Positions 48,830 through 58,290 of a stretch of 64,000 nucleotides of DNA are shown here, in pieces. Source of the stretch: an uncultured delta proteobacterium (GTDB lineage: Bacteria > Myxococcota > Myxococcia > Myxococcales > Anaeromyxobacteraceae); the NCBI GenBank assembly GCA_963828255.1, contig CAWHDZ010000027.1:96001-160000 (forward strand), read 5' to 3'. Each line of letters opens with the position of its first letter. Within the stretch, counting starts at the first letter, position 1. The notes under the pieces were generated by a model that saw only the letters and a program-made list of their open reading frames with translations, searched no databases and was not told the origin of the DNA. The translations under genes were made by a program, and so were the position numbers.

Positions 48830-50515
48830 CTACCGCATGAGCGCCACGACCACCGGCCCCCAGGCCGTGAGCAGGATGTTGCCCACCGCGTAGGGCACCG
48901 TGTACCCGAGGACCGGGAGCTTGCTTCCGGCCGCGTCCTGCACGGCCCGGAGCGCGGCCGTGGTGGTGCCCGAGCCGGCCTCGGCGCCCAGCAGGATGAC
49001 CGGGTTCAGCTTGAGCACGAACCGGCCGAAGAGGAGCCCGATGGTGTGGGGGACGATGGACACGACCAGCGCCGCCCCGACCAGCCCCACCCCGGTCTCG
49101 CGCACGCCGGAGATGAACTGCGGCCCGGCGTCCAGCCCCACGATGCCGATGAAGGCCGCCAGCCCCACCGTGTCGAAGATCCAGAGGGCCGGCTCCGGGA
49201 TGCGCCCGAAGGTGGGCCGGGTGGAGCGGAGCCAGCCGAAGACCAGGCCGCTGATGAGGGCTCCTCCACTGGAGGTGAGGGTGATGGAGACCCCGCCGAC
49301 GGTGACGGCGAGGAGGCCGAAGAGCCCTCCCAGGAAGATCCCCATCCCCACGAAGACCATGTCGGTGGCGGGCGAGGGGCGGTCGGCGTAGCCGATGTCC
49401 CGGGCCACCCGCTCCACGTCGGGAAGATCTCCCTCCAGGGAGAGCAGGTCGCCGCGCTCGACGCGCGTGTTCCCGTCGAAGGGGACGTCCTGCCCGGCCC
49501 GGACCAGCCGCTGGAGCACGATCCCGTGCCCCTTCTCCTGGGCCAGCTGGCCCAGCGTCTGGCCGGCCACCTCCTTGCGGGTCACCACCACGTCGAGGTG
49601 GGCGTAGGGGAAGTCGAGGAGCCCGCGGTCGTCCACCTCCTGGCCCAGCCGGGCGAGATGCTCCACCAGCACGGTGCGGCGCGCGGTGACGGCGAGAACG
49701 TCCCCGGCCTGCACGCGGGTCTCCGGGTCGGGGTCGCTCACGATGCCCTCCCGCCGCATCCGCTCGACGAAGATGCGCCGCTCGGGAACCGAGCCCTCGA
49801 TCTCGCGGAGGGTCTTCCCGGCTGCGGCCGCAGAGACGACGATGGCCCGGGTGTCCCACTCCCCGTAAGCGGACGAGACGCCGGGCTCTGCGGCCTCCTT
49901 TCCGGCCAGCTTCAGCTCGAGGTCGCGGGCCTCCTTGCGGAGGTCGATCCCCATGAGGCGGGGCGCGAGCGAGGAGAGGTACCAGACCAGCGTGGTGGTG
50001 CCGACGAGGTAGGTCACCGCGTAGGCGACCGGGACCTGGTTCACCATGCGGAGCCGCTCCGCCTCGGGGAGCGGCAGGGCGCGGATGGCCTCGCTGGCCG
50101 TCCCGATGATGGTGGACTCGGTGAAGGCGCCCGCCAGCAGGCCGGCGGCCGTCCCGGCGTCGTAGCCGAGGAACTTCGAGACCACCACCGCCACGAGGAG
50201 GCAGCTGACCGCGACCACCACGGCGAGGAGGAGGTGCGGGAGCGCGTCCCGGCGCAGCCCGCGGAAGAACTGCGGCCCGACCTTGTAGCCGGTGCCGAAG
50301 AGGAAGAGGTCGAAGAAGACCACCTTCACGGTGGGATCCACCACCACGCCGAGCTGCCCGACCGCCACGCCGGCCAGCAGGCACCCCAGCACGTTTCCGA
50401 CGGTGAAGTTTCCTACGCGCAGCTTGCCGAGCTGGAAGCCGACGGCGAGCGTCAGGAAGATCGCGAGTTCGGGATGGGCGCGGAGGACGTGGGCGAGACC
50501 CTGGAGTGGGGCCAT
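48830..50515 (-). CDS. aspT: Aspartate:alanine antiporter family transporter (AAEx, with TrkA-C domains)
   Basis: GYKVGPQFF, AGAFTESTIIG, YAVTYLVG, LGYTVPYAVGN. Confidence 0.82.
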   Translation of the reverse strand: MAPLQGLAHVLRAHPELAIFLTLAVGFQLGKLRVGNFTVGNVLGCLLAGVAVGQLGVVVDPTVKVVFFDLFLFGTGYKVGPQFFRGLRRDALPHLLLAVVVAVSCLLVAVVVSKFLGYDAGTAAGLLAGAFTESTIIGTASEAIRALPLPEAERLRMVNQVPVAYAVTYLVGTTTLVWYLSSLAPRLMGIDLRKEARDLELKLAGKEAAEPGVSSAYGEWDTRAIVVSAAAAGKTLREIEGSVPERRIFVERMRREGIVSDPDPETRVQAGDVLAVTARRTVLVEHLARLGQEVDDRGLLDFPYAHLDVVVTRKEVAGQTLGQLAQEKGHGIVLQRLVRAGQDVPFDGNTRVERGDLLSLEGDLPDVERVARDIGYADRPSPATDMVFVGMGIFLGGLFGLLAVTVGGVSITLTSSGGALISGLVFGWLRSTRPTFGRIPEPALWIFDTVGLAAFIGIVGLDAGPQFISGVRETGVGLVGAALVVSIVPHTIGLLFGRFVLKLNPVILLGAEAGSGTTTAALRAVQDAAGSKLPVLGYTVPYAVGNILLTAWGPVVVALMR

Positions 50516-50524
50516 CCCCGCATG

Positions 50525-51580
50525 CTACCCGCCCTTGCGCAGGCTGGCGATGTCGATGACGAAGCGGTAGCGGACGTCGGACTTGACGGTTCGCTCGTAG
50601 GCCTCGTTCACCTTCTCGACCGGAATGACCTCGACGTCGGAGGTGATGCCGTGCTTGCCGCAGAAGTCGAGCATCTCCTGGGTCTCGGCGATGCCGCCGA
50701 TGAGCGACCCGGCCAGGGTCTTGCGCCCGAAGATGAAGGACATGGCGTGGACCTTGGCCGGCTCGGGAGGGACGCCCACCAGGACCAGCGCACCGTCCAG
50801 CGCGAGCAGCCCCATGTAGGCCTCCACGTCGTGGTTCGCGGAGATGGTGTCGAGGATGAAGTCGAACCTTCCCGCCAGCTTCTTGAACGTGGCCTTGTCG
50901 GTGGTGAGGGCGAAGCCGGTGGCCCCCAGGCGGCGTGCGTCGGCCTCCTTGGCCTTCGAGGTGGAGAGCATGGTCACCTCTGCTCCCATGGCCACGGCGA
51001 GCTTCACCCCCATGTGGCCGAGCCCGCCCAGGCCGACCACCGCCACCTTGTCCCCCTTCTTCACCTTCCAGTGGCGCAGCGGGGAGTAGGTGGTGATCCC
51101 GGCGCAGAGCAGCGGGGCCGCACCGGCCGGGTCGAGGCCGGCGGGGATGGAGAGGACGAACTTCTCGTCCACCACCACGTCGGTGGAGTATCCGCCGTAG
51201 GTGGGGGTCTTCCGGTCCATCTCGGTGCCGTTGTAGGTGAAGGCCGAGCCCTTCTGGCAGAACTGCTCCAGGTCCTTCTGGCAGGACGGGCAGGTGCGGC
51301 AGGAGTCCACCATGCAGCCCACGCCGACGCGGTCGCCGGCCTTGAACCTCTTCACCTCGGCCCCGACGCGGGTGACCTTTCCGACGATCTCGTGGCCGGG
51401 GACCATGGGGAAGATGGAGTTGCCCCACTCGTCGCGGGCCTGGTGGATGTCGGAGTGGCAGATGCCGCAGAACTCGATGTCGATGGCCACGTCGCGGGGG
51501 CCGACGGCGCGGCGGTCGATCTCGAACGGGGCGAGCGGGCTCTTCGGGGTCTGGGCGGCGTAGGCGCGGGTGCGGGGCAT
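50525..51580 (-). CDS. Zn-dependent NADP(H) alcohol dehydrogenase (cinnamyl-ADH/YahK type)
   Basis: CGICHSD, GHEIVG, four-Cys structural Zn site, GLGGLG, YRFVID. Confidence 0.94.
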   Translation of the reverse strand: MPRTRAYAAQTPKSPLAPFEIDRRAVGPRDVAIDIEFCGICHSDIHQARDEWGNSIFPMVPGHEIVGKVTRVGAEVKRFKAGDRVGVGCMVDSCRTCPSCQKDLEQFCQKGSAFTYNGTEMDRKTPTYGGYSTDVVVDEKFVLSIPAGLDPAGAAPLLCAGITTYSPLRHWKVKKGDKVAVVGLGGLGHMGVKLAVAMGAEVTMLSTSKAKEADARRLGATGFALTTDKATFKKLAGRFDFILDTISANHDVEAYMGLLALDGALVLVGVPPEPAKVHAMSFIFGRKTLAGSLIGGIAETQEMLDFCGKHGITSDVEVIPVEKVNEAYERTVKSDVRYRFVIDIASLRKGG

Positions 51581-51662
51581 CGTGTCCTCCTGGGGTTCGG
51601 GGGGTAGACCTATGGAGGAGGTCGCGGTCGCGCAAGGTATTGGGGAGCGGAAGGGGTGGCGA

Positions 51663-52632
51663 TCGAAGGTCCGCGGCGCGGACCATCGGCCAGATGGGGC
51701 GTTCACTGTCAGTCGCTTGACGCGTTTTCGACGGAATCGCGCTGAGCGGGCGGGACGTCGCGAGAACATGGCTGGGCATCTACCGGCAGCTCGGGTTCCC
51801 GAACCTCTTCGCGTACCTGCTCCGGGAGGTCGGGCTGTCCCGGGGTTCGGCCTTCTACCGACAGGTCGCGACCCGGCTCCTGCAGGACTTTCCGGAAATC
51901 GCGGAGCCACTGCGAGACGGACGGCTTTGCATCTCGAACGTCCCGCAGCTCGCCAAGGTGATGACCGAGCAGAACCGGGCCACGGTGATGCAGAAATTCT
52001 TCCACTGCTCGAAGCAGGAGGCGAAGCAGGTGGTGGCGGAGATGCTTCCAGCGGAGGTGGTGCCTCGGAGGACGGTCGTCACGGAGGTCCCGTTCGTGGC
52101 GACAGCCCGCGTTCAACCGGTTGAACGCGATCTGACCCACCCCGAAGGCGTGAGGCCCGTCACCGAGGTGCGGAGGACCGTGGTCGAGCCGCTCACCCGG
52201 GACGAGACCCGGATGCACGTGACGGTGTCGCCGGCATTCATGGCCTTGCTGAAGAAGGCCAGGGCGGGGCAGTCGCACGTGCAGCCGCGCGCGACCGACG
52301 AGCAGGTGCTCCCGGCGGCGCTGGAACTGCTCATCGAGAAGCAGGGGAAGCGGAAGGCTTCCGTGCCGGCGAAGGTGAAGCGAGAGGTCCGCAAGCGGGA
52401 TGAGGGCAAGTGCCAGTGGAAGCTCGATTCGGGCGGCGTGTGCGGTTCGGAGGTGAGGACGGAGATCGACCACGTGGTGCCGCGCGGGAAGGGCGGGCCA
52501 TCGACGGTTGAGAACTGCAGGGTCCTCTGCAAGGTCCACAACATCGAGGCCGCGCGCCAGGCTTACGGCGACGCGCACATGGATCTGTTCACTCCACGTG
52601 CACCGAGCGCGCGCGAGGAGGTCGCACCCTAC
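51663..52632 (+). mobile_element. Putative HNH-encoding repetitive element, copy 2 (internally deleted)
   Basis: 5' block 51677-51705 is 24/29 identical to 43394-43422; coding homology runs to AREEVAPY. Confidence 0.5.
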
Positions 52633-53019
52633 CTGACCGCATCCGCCATCCCGCCGTTGTCCGGCCTGGCCCAGCTCGTCGGCAGCCGCCCGTCGAACTG
52701 CTCGGGCACGAGCACGTCCGCGCCCAGCGCCGGGGCGCCGGCGGCCCGGGCGGCGAACCCACCGGCGGCGATGCAGGAGTGGGGCGCCGCGTGGCGCACC
52801 ATCTCGATGGCCTCGCGCGCCGGCGGCAGGTGGTCGATGGTGGAGACGGCGATCCCCACCAGCGCAGGCTTCCGCTCCACGCAGGCCACGGCGAGCTGGA
52901 CCGCCGGCGTGTCGGCGCCCAGCACCTCCACCGCGTACCCCTCCAGCTCGAGCAGGTTCGCGGCGATGAGCAGTCCCACGGTGTGGTACTCGCCGGGGGC
53001 CGAGGCGAGCACGGCCTGA
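51778..53019 (+). pseudogene. 5'-truncated HNH endonuclease paralogue
   Basis: Homology to copy 1 begins at IYRQLG (51778) with no in-frame start after the TGA at 51718; about 40 N-terminal residues are missing; HNH motifs intact. Confidence 0.75.
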
Positions 53020-53666
53020 CCGCGGTGGCGCGGATCGGGGGATCCCCAGGTCTCGGGAGCGAGCATGGCCAGCCCGAGCGAGGCCAGCGCCGTGGCCCGG
53101 TGCTCCTCCACGACGGTGGCCTGGTGACGCATCCAGGCCTCGCCGACCTGGCGCTGCACCTCGGCGATCCCGAGCAGCGCCACCCGGACGCCCCGCTCCG
53201 AACGCCAGGCTTCCACGGCCGCAAGGTAGGCGGTCCGGTTCCCACGGAGCGCCGCCGAGGTCGCGTCCCACCGTTCGATGGGCGCGTCGTCCGCCTGCTC
53301 CGTCGCGGCCGCGATCCCCGCCGCGAGGGACTCCGCGAGGCAACGCCGCCACTCCTCCGGCAACTGCATTCGCTCCACCCGGACGGCGAGAGCCCGCAGG
53401 CTCCCGCAGACGGTCTCGTGCGGCAGGCCGGCGGCGTCGTGGACCCGTGCCGCCCAGGCCGCGTGCGCCCGGAAGACCGCAGGGCACCGGAGGTCAACGG
53501 CGGCGGCGAGGGCGAGGGCGTGCGCCGTGAACTCGGCCTCGCAGGCGTGCCGCTCCCCTTCCTTTCGCGCGCGCAGGGATGCCGTGCCGGCGAGGACCTC
53601 CTCCGCGACGGGTCCGGCCTCCGCGAGGATCACCGAGGCCACGTGGGCATCGACACGCGGGCGCAT
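52629..53666 (-). CDS. Cobalamin (B12)-binding domain protein, CarH-type sensor without HTH
   Basis: W-x9-EH (WMRHQATVVEEH), ExH (GEYHTVG), LGADTP, GG in the last Rossmann strand. Confidence 0.8.
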   Translation of the reverse strand: MRPRVDAHVASVILAEAGPVAEEVLAGTASLRARKEGERHACEAEFTAHALALAAAVDLRCPAVFRAHAAWAARVHDAAGLPHETVCGSLRALAVRVERMQLPEEWRRCLAESLAAGIAAATEQADDAPIERWDATSAALRGNRTAYLAAVEAWRSERGVRVALLGIAEVQRQVGEAWMRHQATVVEEHRATALASLGLAMLAPETWGSPDPRHRGQAVLASAPGEYHTVGLLIAANLLELEGYAVEVLGADTPAVQLAVACVERKPALVGIAVSTIDHLPPAREAIEMVRHAAPHSCIAAGGFAARAAGAPALGADVLVPEQFDGRLPTSWARPDNGGMADAVR

Positions 53667-53684
53667 GGGGCACCTTCCTCGACC

Positions 53685-54806
53685 CTAGACCCCTGCGATG
53701 AAGATCGCCACCCGCCTCCAGGCCTGCTCGAACCCGGCCTGGTCGAAGCCCGTTCCGGAGGACATCCAGTCGAAGTGGGGCGGCACGTGGGTGGGCTGGT
53801 CGTAGTGCCCCAGGATGTCGTGGTGGTCGGCCCAGGCCGCCGCCAGCAATTCCCCGTGGATCTGCGAGAGGGTGGGCACGATCCCGTCGTTCGCGCCGGC
53901 GTCGGGGATCCGCCCGTAGGCGCGCCGGAGGACCCCGGCGTGCTCCCGGTTGATGGGCGGCATGACCCCATTCGGGGTGGTGGCCGACATCCGGTAGAGC
54001 GCCACGAAGAGGGCGTGGGTGACCTGGTGTGACGGGTCGAGGCCGGCACCCCAGAGGGACCGGAGGCCCGGCGCACGCGCCCGGGTGACCACCGAGCCGT
54101 AGCGCAGCCCGGGCCGGTCCTGCGTGGAGGCGTTGAAGACCTCCATGCCCGCCGGCGAGATCTGCGAGACGAGTCCCTGGTCGCTTCGGACGCCCTCCAG
54201 GAACTGCTCGACGGCACGCCGCCGCTCCCCCTCGAAGTCGCCGAGCAGCTCGAGGAAGATCTGGTCCACCGCCCCGATGGGGCGGGAGCGCGGGTTGCGC
54301 AGCAGGCGGGCCAGCTTGAGGCCCACGGTGATGGGGAGCCTGCCCGTACGCAGCGTGTAGATCGACACCAGCGAGAGGAGCCGCAGGAACTGCTGGCCGA
54401 TCATCCCGCCGAAGAACTGGGCCAGCGGCGTGCCCCGGTGCGGCGTCGAGACGGTGACCACGGAGCGGATGGCGCGGGTGCAGCGCACCACGTCGGCGGG
54501 CGTGGGGAGGACGGCGCCGGGCGTCACGAGCAGGCGGGCGTCCAGGCCACCGCTGGAATGGCCCACCAGGCTCACGTGGCCGGGGGACTCGTCGAGGAGC
54601 GTGGAGAGGGCCTCGCAGATGAGCGCGGCGCGCCGGGTGAGCGAGGCGGTGGGCTCGGTGCGGGCCACCCGGACCTCGCCGTCGATCCCCAGCGACGGCC
54701 CCTCCTCGGCGAGGAAGTTCCGGACGTGGCCGAAGTAGGTGAAGTCGCCGAGGTTGGCGAATCCAAAAAATCCGGGAACGAGGAGGATGTGGTGCGGCTG
54801 GCCCAA
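53685..54806 (-). CDS. Triacylglycerol lipase/esterase (alpha/beta hydrolase)
   Basis: LVPGFFG, GHSSGG, TPHRGT, NDGIVP, ADH. Confidence 0.85.
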   Translation of the reverse strand: MGQPHHILLVPGFFGFANLGDFTYFGHVRNFLAEEGPSLGIDGEVRVARTEPTASLTRRAALICEALSTLLDESPGHVSLVGHSSGGLDARLLVTPGAVLPTPADVVRCTRAIRSVVTVSTPHRGTPLAQFFGGMIGQQFLRLLSLVSIYTLRTGRLPITVGLKLARLLRNPRSRPIGAVDQIFLELLGDFEGERRRAVEQFLEGVRSDQGLVSQISPAGMEVFNASTQDRPGLRYGSVVTRARAPGLRSLWGAGLDPSHQVTHALFVALYRMSATTPNGVMPPINREHAGVLRRAYGRIPDAGANDGIVPTLSQIHGELLAAAWADHHDILGHYDQPTHVPPHFDWMSSGTGFDQAGFEQAWRRVAIFIAGV

Positions 54807-54950
54807 GGGGCCAATCTATCCCGTCGGGGGCCGGTCCGATCGGGTTGCATCCAACGGACGAGGCCCGGACGAGACGACAGGACTTGCTCCCGGTCACGGC
54901 GGGGAAGAACGGCTTGGCTATGGTCGCCGGATACCCTTGGAGGGGTGCGG

Positions 54951-56255
54951 ATGGGATCTTGGTCGAGGAAGGGCTGGGTGGTCACGCTGGCCGGAATCGG
55001 GCTGAACCTCGCCCTCGGCATCCTCTATGCCTGGTCGATCTTCTCGAAGCAGCTCACCGAGCCCCTGGCGCGCGGGGGGTTCGGCTGGACGCGGACCCAG
55101 GCCACGATGCCGTACACCATCGCCATCGCCTGCTTCGCCTTCATGATGGTCCCGGCCGGCCGGCTGCAGGACCGGCTCGGGCCGCGGGTCATCGCCACCA
55201 CCGGGGCCGTGCTCACCGGCATCGGGCTCCTGGTCGCGAGCTTCGCCTCCCCTTCGGCATCCTGGCCGGCGGTGATCGGGTTCGGGCTCCTGGCCGGGAC
55301 CGGTTTCGGCCTGGGCTACGCGGCGGCGACGCCGGCCGCCGTGAAGTGGTTCCCGCCGCAGCGGAAGGGGCTCGTCACCGGCCTCGTGGTGGCCGGGTTC
55401 GGGCTCGCCCCGGTCTACATCGCGCCGCTCTCGAAGTGGCTGCTCGCCACACATGGCGTGGCCTTCTCCTTCCGCGTCCTGGGCATCGCGTTCCTGGCCG
55501 TGACGCTGATCCTCTCCCAGTTCATCGTTAACCCCGAGAAACCGCTCAACGTGGCCGCCCCGGGCTCGGCGGCCGCGAAGGCGGCGGGGGCCGACGTCAC
55601 CTGGCGGGAGATGATCCGCACCGCCGACTTCTGGCTGCTCTGGCTCCAGTACGCCTTCGGCGCCACCGCCGGCCTCATGATCATCGGCCACCTGGCCAAG
55701 ATCGTGGCCGCCCAGTCGAACAACGCCATCCAGAGCGGGTTCGTCTTCGTGGCGCTGCTCGCCGTCTTCAACGCGGCCGGGCGCATCGTGGCCGGAGTGG
55801 TCTCCGACCGGATCGGACGCACCGTGACGCTGGTCTCGGTGTTCCTGCTCCAGGCCTCGAACATGGTCTTCTTCTCGGGCTTCTCGACCTTCACCGGCTT
55901 CGTGACCGGCTCGGCGGTGGTGGGCTTCAGCTACGGCGCCTGCCTCTCGCTCTTCCCGGCCACCGCTGCGGACCGCTGGGGAACGAAGAACCTGGGGCTC
56001 AACTACGGCATCCTCTTCACCGCCTGGGGAGTGGGCGGGGTCTTCGGCCCGATCCTGGCCGGGCGCATCGCCGACGCGACCGGGTCCTACCAGCTCGCCT
56101 ACCAGATCGCGGCCGGGCTGCTCATGCTGGCCACGCTGCTCGCCATGCTCTCCTACGTGGGCGTGTCGGTGAACCTCCCGGAGCGGGAGGTCACCATCCG
56201 GGTGGGCAAGAGGAAGGCGCCGGTCCGCACCGGCTCGAAGGCGGAGCCGGCCTGA
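54951..56255 (+). CDS. OFA-family MFS transporter (oxalate/formate antiporter-like)
   Basis: [42 protein letters not shown]. Confidence 0.88.
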   Translation: MGSWSRKGWVVTLAGIGLNLALGILYAWSIFSKQLTEPLARGGFGWTRTQATMPYTIAIACFAFMMVPAGRLQDRLGPRVIATTGAVLTGIGLLVASFASPSASWPAVIGFGLLAGTGFGLGYAAATPAAVKWFPPQRKGLVTGLVVAGFGLAPVYIAPLSKWLLATHGVAFSFRVLGIAFLAVTLILSQFIVNPEKPLNVAAPGSAAAKAAGADVTWREMIRTADFWLLWLQYAFGATAGLMIIGHLAKIVAAQSNNAIQSGFVFVALLAVFNAAGRIVAGVVSDRIGRTVTLVSVFLLQASNMVFFSGFSTFTGFVTGSAVVGFSYGACLSLFPATAADRWGTKNLGLNYGILFTAWGVGGVFGPILAGRIADATGSYQLAYQIAAGLLMLATLLAMLSYVGVSVNLPEREVTIRVGKRKAPVRTGSKAEPA

Positions 56256-56268
56256 CCGGCCGGCCGCC

Positions 56269-57876
56269 TCATCGGGCCGAGAGGTCCGCCGTGGGCCGGT
56301 AGGCAGGGGGGCGTCGCGCCCGGGTGGCCTGCTCGAAGGCGTGGGCGAGTTCGAGCAGCCTCCCCTCGCTCCAGGGCCTTCCGATGAAGCTCACCCCGAC
56401 CGGCAGGCCGAAGGCCAGGCCGGCCGGGACCGTGACGGAGGGGTAGCCGGCCACCGCCGCGGGCGTCGAGCTGCTCTGCACGAAGTGGTCGCCGGTCACG
56501 AGGTCGATGGTCCAGGCCGGACCCCCGGTGGGAGCCACGAGCGCGTCGAGCCGGTGCTTCGCGAACACGGGGTCGAGCCCCTTCTCGCGGGCGAGGCGGC
56601 GGCACCGCGCCAGCGCCTTCCGGTAGGCGGCATCGGTGAGCGGCCCCTTCGCCTGCGCCTTCAGGAAGAGCTCCTGCCCGAAGTAGGGCATCTCCTCGGC
56701 GGCGTGGGCCTCGTTGAAGGCGATGACGTCGGCCAGGCTCCGGACCTTCGCGCCGGGCGCCCATTCGGGCAGGAAGGCGTCGAGCCCGGCCTTGAGCTCG
56801 TAGAGCAGCACCTCGAGCTCGGCGTCGTCGTACGCGCCGAGGTGCGGGATGTCGGCCGGGTCCACGATCACGGCGCCGCGGCGGCGCATCTCGGCGACCG
56901 CCTCGTCGAAGATCCGGTCGGCCGGCGGCGAGGCCCCGTAGACGCCCTTGCGGACGACGCCGATCCGGGCTCCGCGGAGCCCCTCCGGGTCGAGGAAGCG
57001 CCCGTAGTCCGGCGCCGCCTTTCCGGCCGACCTTGGCGACGCAGGGTCGGCCGGGTCCACGCCGACGAGCGCTCCGAGCAGCGCGGCCGCGTCGGCGACG
57101 GTCCGGGCCATGGGACCGGCGGTGTCCTGGGTCGCGGAGATGGGAACGATCCCGCTGCGGCTCACCAGGCCCACCGTGGGCTTCAGCCCGACGAGCCCCG
57201 TGGCTGCGGACGGGCACACGATCGACCCGTCGGTCTCGGTGCCCACGCCCACCGTGGCGAGGCTCGCCGCCACGGCCGCCGCGGTGCCGGACGAGGAACC
57301 GCACGGGCTCCTGTCCAGCGCGTACGGGTTGCGGGTCTGCCCGCCCCGCGCGCTCCAGCCCGAGGAGGAGTGGGTGCTGCGGATGTTGGCCCACTCCGAG
57401 AGGTTCGTCTTCCCGAGGATCACCGCGCCGGCGGCGCGGAGGCGCTCGACCAGGAAGGCGTCGCGGGGCGCCTGGCTTCCGGCGAGCGCCAGCGAGCCCG
57501 CGGTCGTCTCCATCCGGTCGCCGGTGGAGACGTTGTCCTTGAGGAGGATCGGGATCCCGTGGAGCGGACCGCGCACTCTTCCCTGGGCGCGCTCCCGGTC
57601 CAGCCCCTCGGCGATCGAGAGCGCGTCCGGGTTCAGCGCCAGGATCGAGCGCAGCGGCGGGTCGATCCGGGCGATCCGGTCGAGGTAGGCCTGCACGATG
57701 GCGCGCGAGGTGGTCCGTCCCGCGACCATCGCCTCCCGGAGGTCCGCCACGGTGGTTTCCTCGACCTCGACGGGCGGAGCACCCTCCCCGCGCGCGGGCG
57801 AGGGGGGCGAGAGGACCAGCAGTGCGAGCGCGACGGGAATCATCCGGGACAGGGGCACGGGGATCCTCCAGGGCAT
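56269..57876 (-). CDS. Exported amidase (amidase signature family)
   Basis: [32 protein letters not shown]; start uncertain (57876 or 57843). Confidence 0.9.
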   Translation of the reverse strand: MPWRIPVPLSRMIPVALALLVLSPPSPARGEGAPPVEVEETTVADLREAMVAGRTTSRAIVQAYLDRIARIDPPLRSILALNPDALSIAEGLDRERAQGRVRGPLHGIPILLKDNVSTGDRMETTAGSLALAGSQAPRDAFLVERLRAAGAVILGKTNLSEWANIRSTHSSSGWSARGGQTRNPYALDRSPCGSSSGTAAAVAASLATVGVGTETDGSIVCPSAATGLVGLKPTVGLVSRSGIVPISATQDTAGPMARTVADAAALLGALVGVDPADPASPRSAGKAAPDYGRFLDPEGLRGARIGVVRKGVYGASPPADRIFDEAVAEMRRRGAVIVDPADIPHLGAYDDAELEVLLYELKAGLDAFLPEWAPGAKVRSLADVIAFNEAHAAEEMPYFGQELFLKAQAKGPLTDAAYRKALARCRRLAREKGLDPVFAKHRLDALVAPTGGPAWTIDLVTGDHFVQSSSTPAAVAGYPSVTVPAGLAFGLPVGVSFIGRPWSEGRLLELAHAFEQATRARRPPAYRPTADLSAR

Positions 57877-57915
57877 GACCCTAGCCGCAGGCCGGCTCGC
57901 CTTCATTGTTTTTGC

Positions 57916-57944
57916 TCGACAATTGCCTGGCGGAGGGCTAGAAA
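57916..57944 (+). promoter_or_regulatory. Candidate sigma70 promoter for the cold-shock gene
   Basis: TCGACA-17 bp-TAGAAA in an AT-rich patch about 80 bp upstream of the ATG. Confidence 0.4.
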
Positions 57945-58026
57945 ACTCGTTCCGATCCCTCTCTGGGGTGGAGCCGCCCGGCACTTTCTGTCGGACGGAT
58001 TTCGGAGAAGAAACGAGCAAGAAGCG

Positions 58027-58230
58027 ATGGGTACCGGCACCGTGAAGTGGTTCAACGACGCGAAGGGCTTCGGGTTCATCACGCAGGACGGCGGCGGCGA
58101 GGACGTTTTCGTCCACCACACCGCGATCCAGGCCGATGGGTTCCGCACCCTCGCCGAGGGCCAGAAGGTGGAGTTCGACGTGAACAAGGGGCCGAAGGGG
58201 CTCCAGGCTGCAAACGTCCGCCCCGTCTAG
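58027..58230 (+). CDS. Cold-shock protein (CspA family)
   Basis: [31 protein letters not shown]. Confidence 0.96.
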   Translation: MGTGTVKWFNDAKGFGFITQDGGGEDVFVHHTAIQADGFRTLAEGQKVEFDVNKGPKGLQAANVRPV

Positions 58231-58257
58231 ATCCACTTCACGACACCTGAAGTGGCG

Positions 58258-58290
58258 AGAGCCCAGCCCGGCGGCTGGGCTCTTTCGCGT
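58258..58290. terminator. Intrinsic terminator-like hairpin between the convergent csp and Omp85 genes
   Basis: 11-bp stem AGAGCCCAGCC/GGCTGGGCTCT, 4-nt loop, short T tract. Confidence 0.75.

Noticed and set aside
51664..51686. Inverted copy of the copy-1 leader (apparent terminal inverted repeat of a 43.4-51.7 kb element)
   Set aside because: The reverse-complement match arises because the motif is itself a hairpin; the direct-orientation alignment is longer and explains it.
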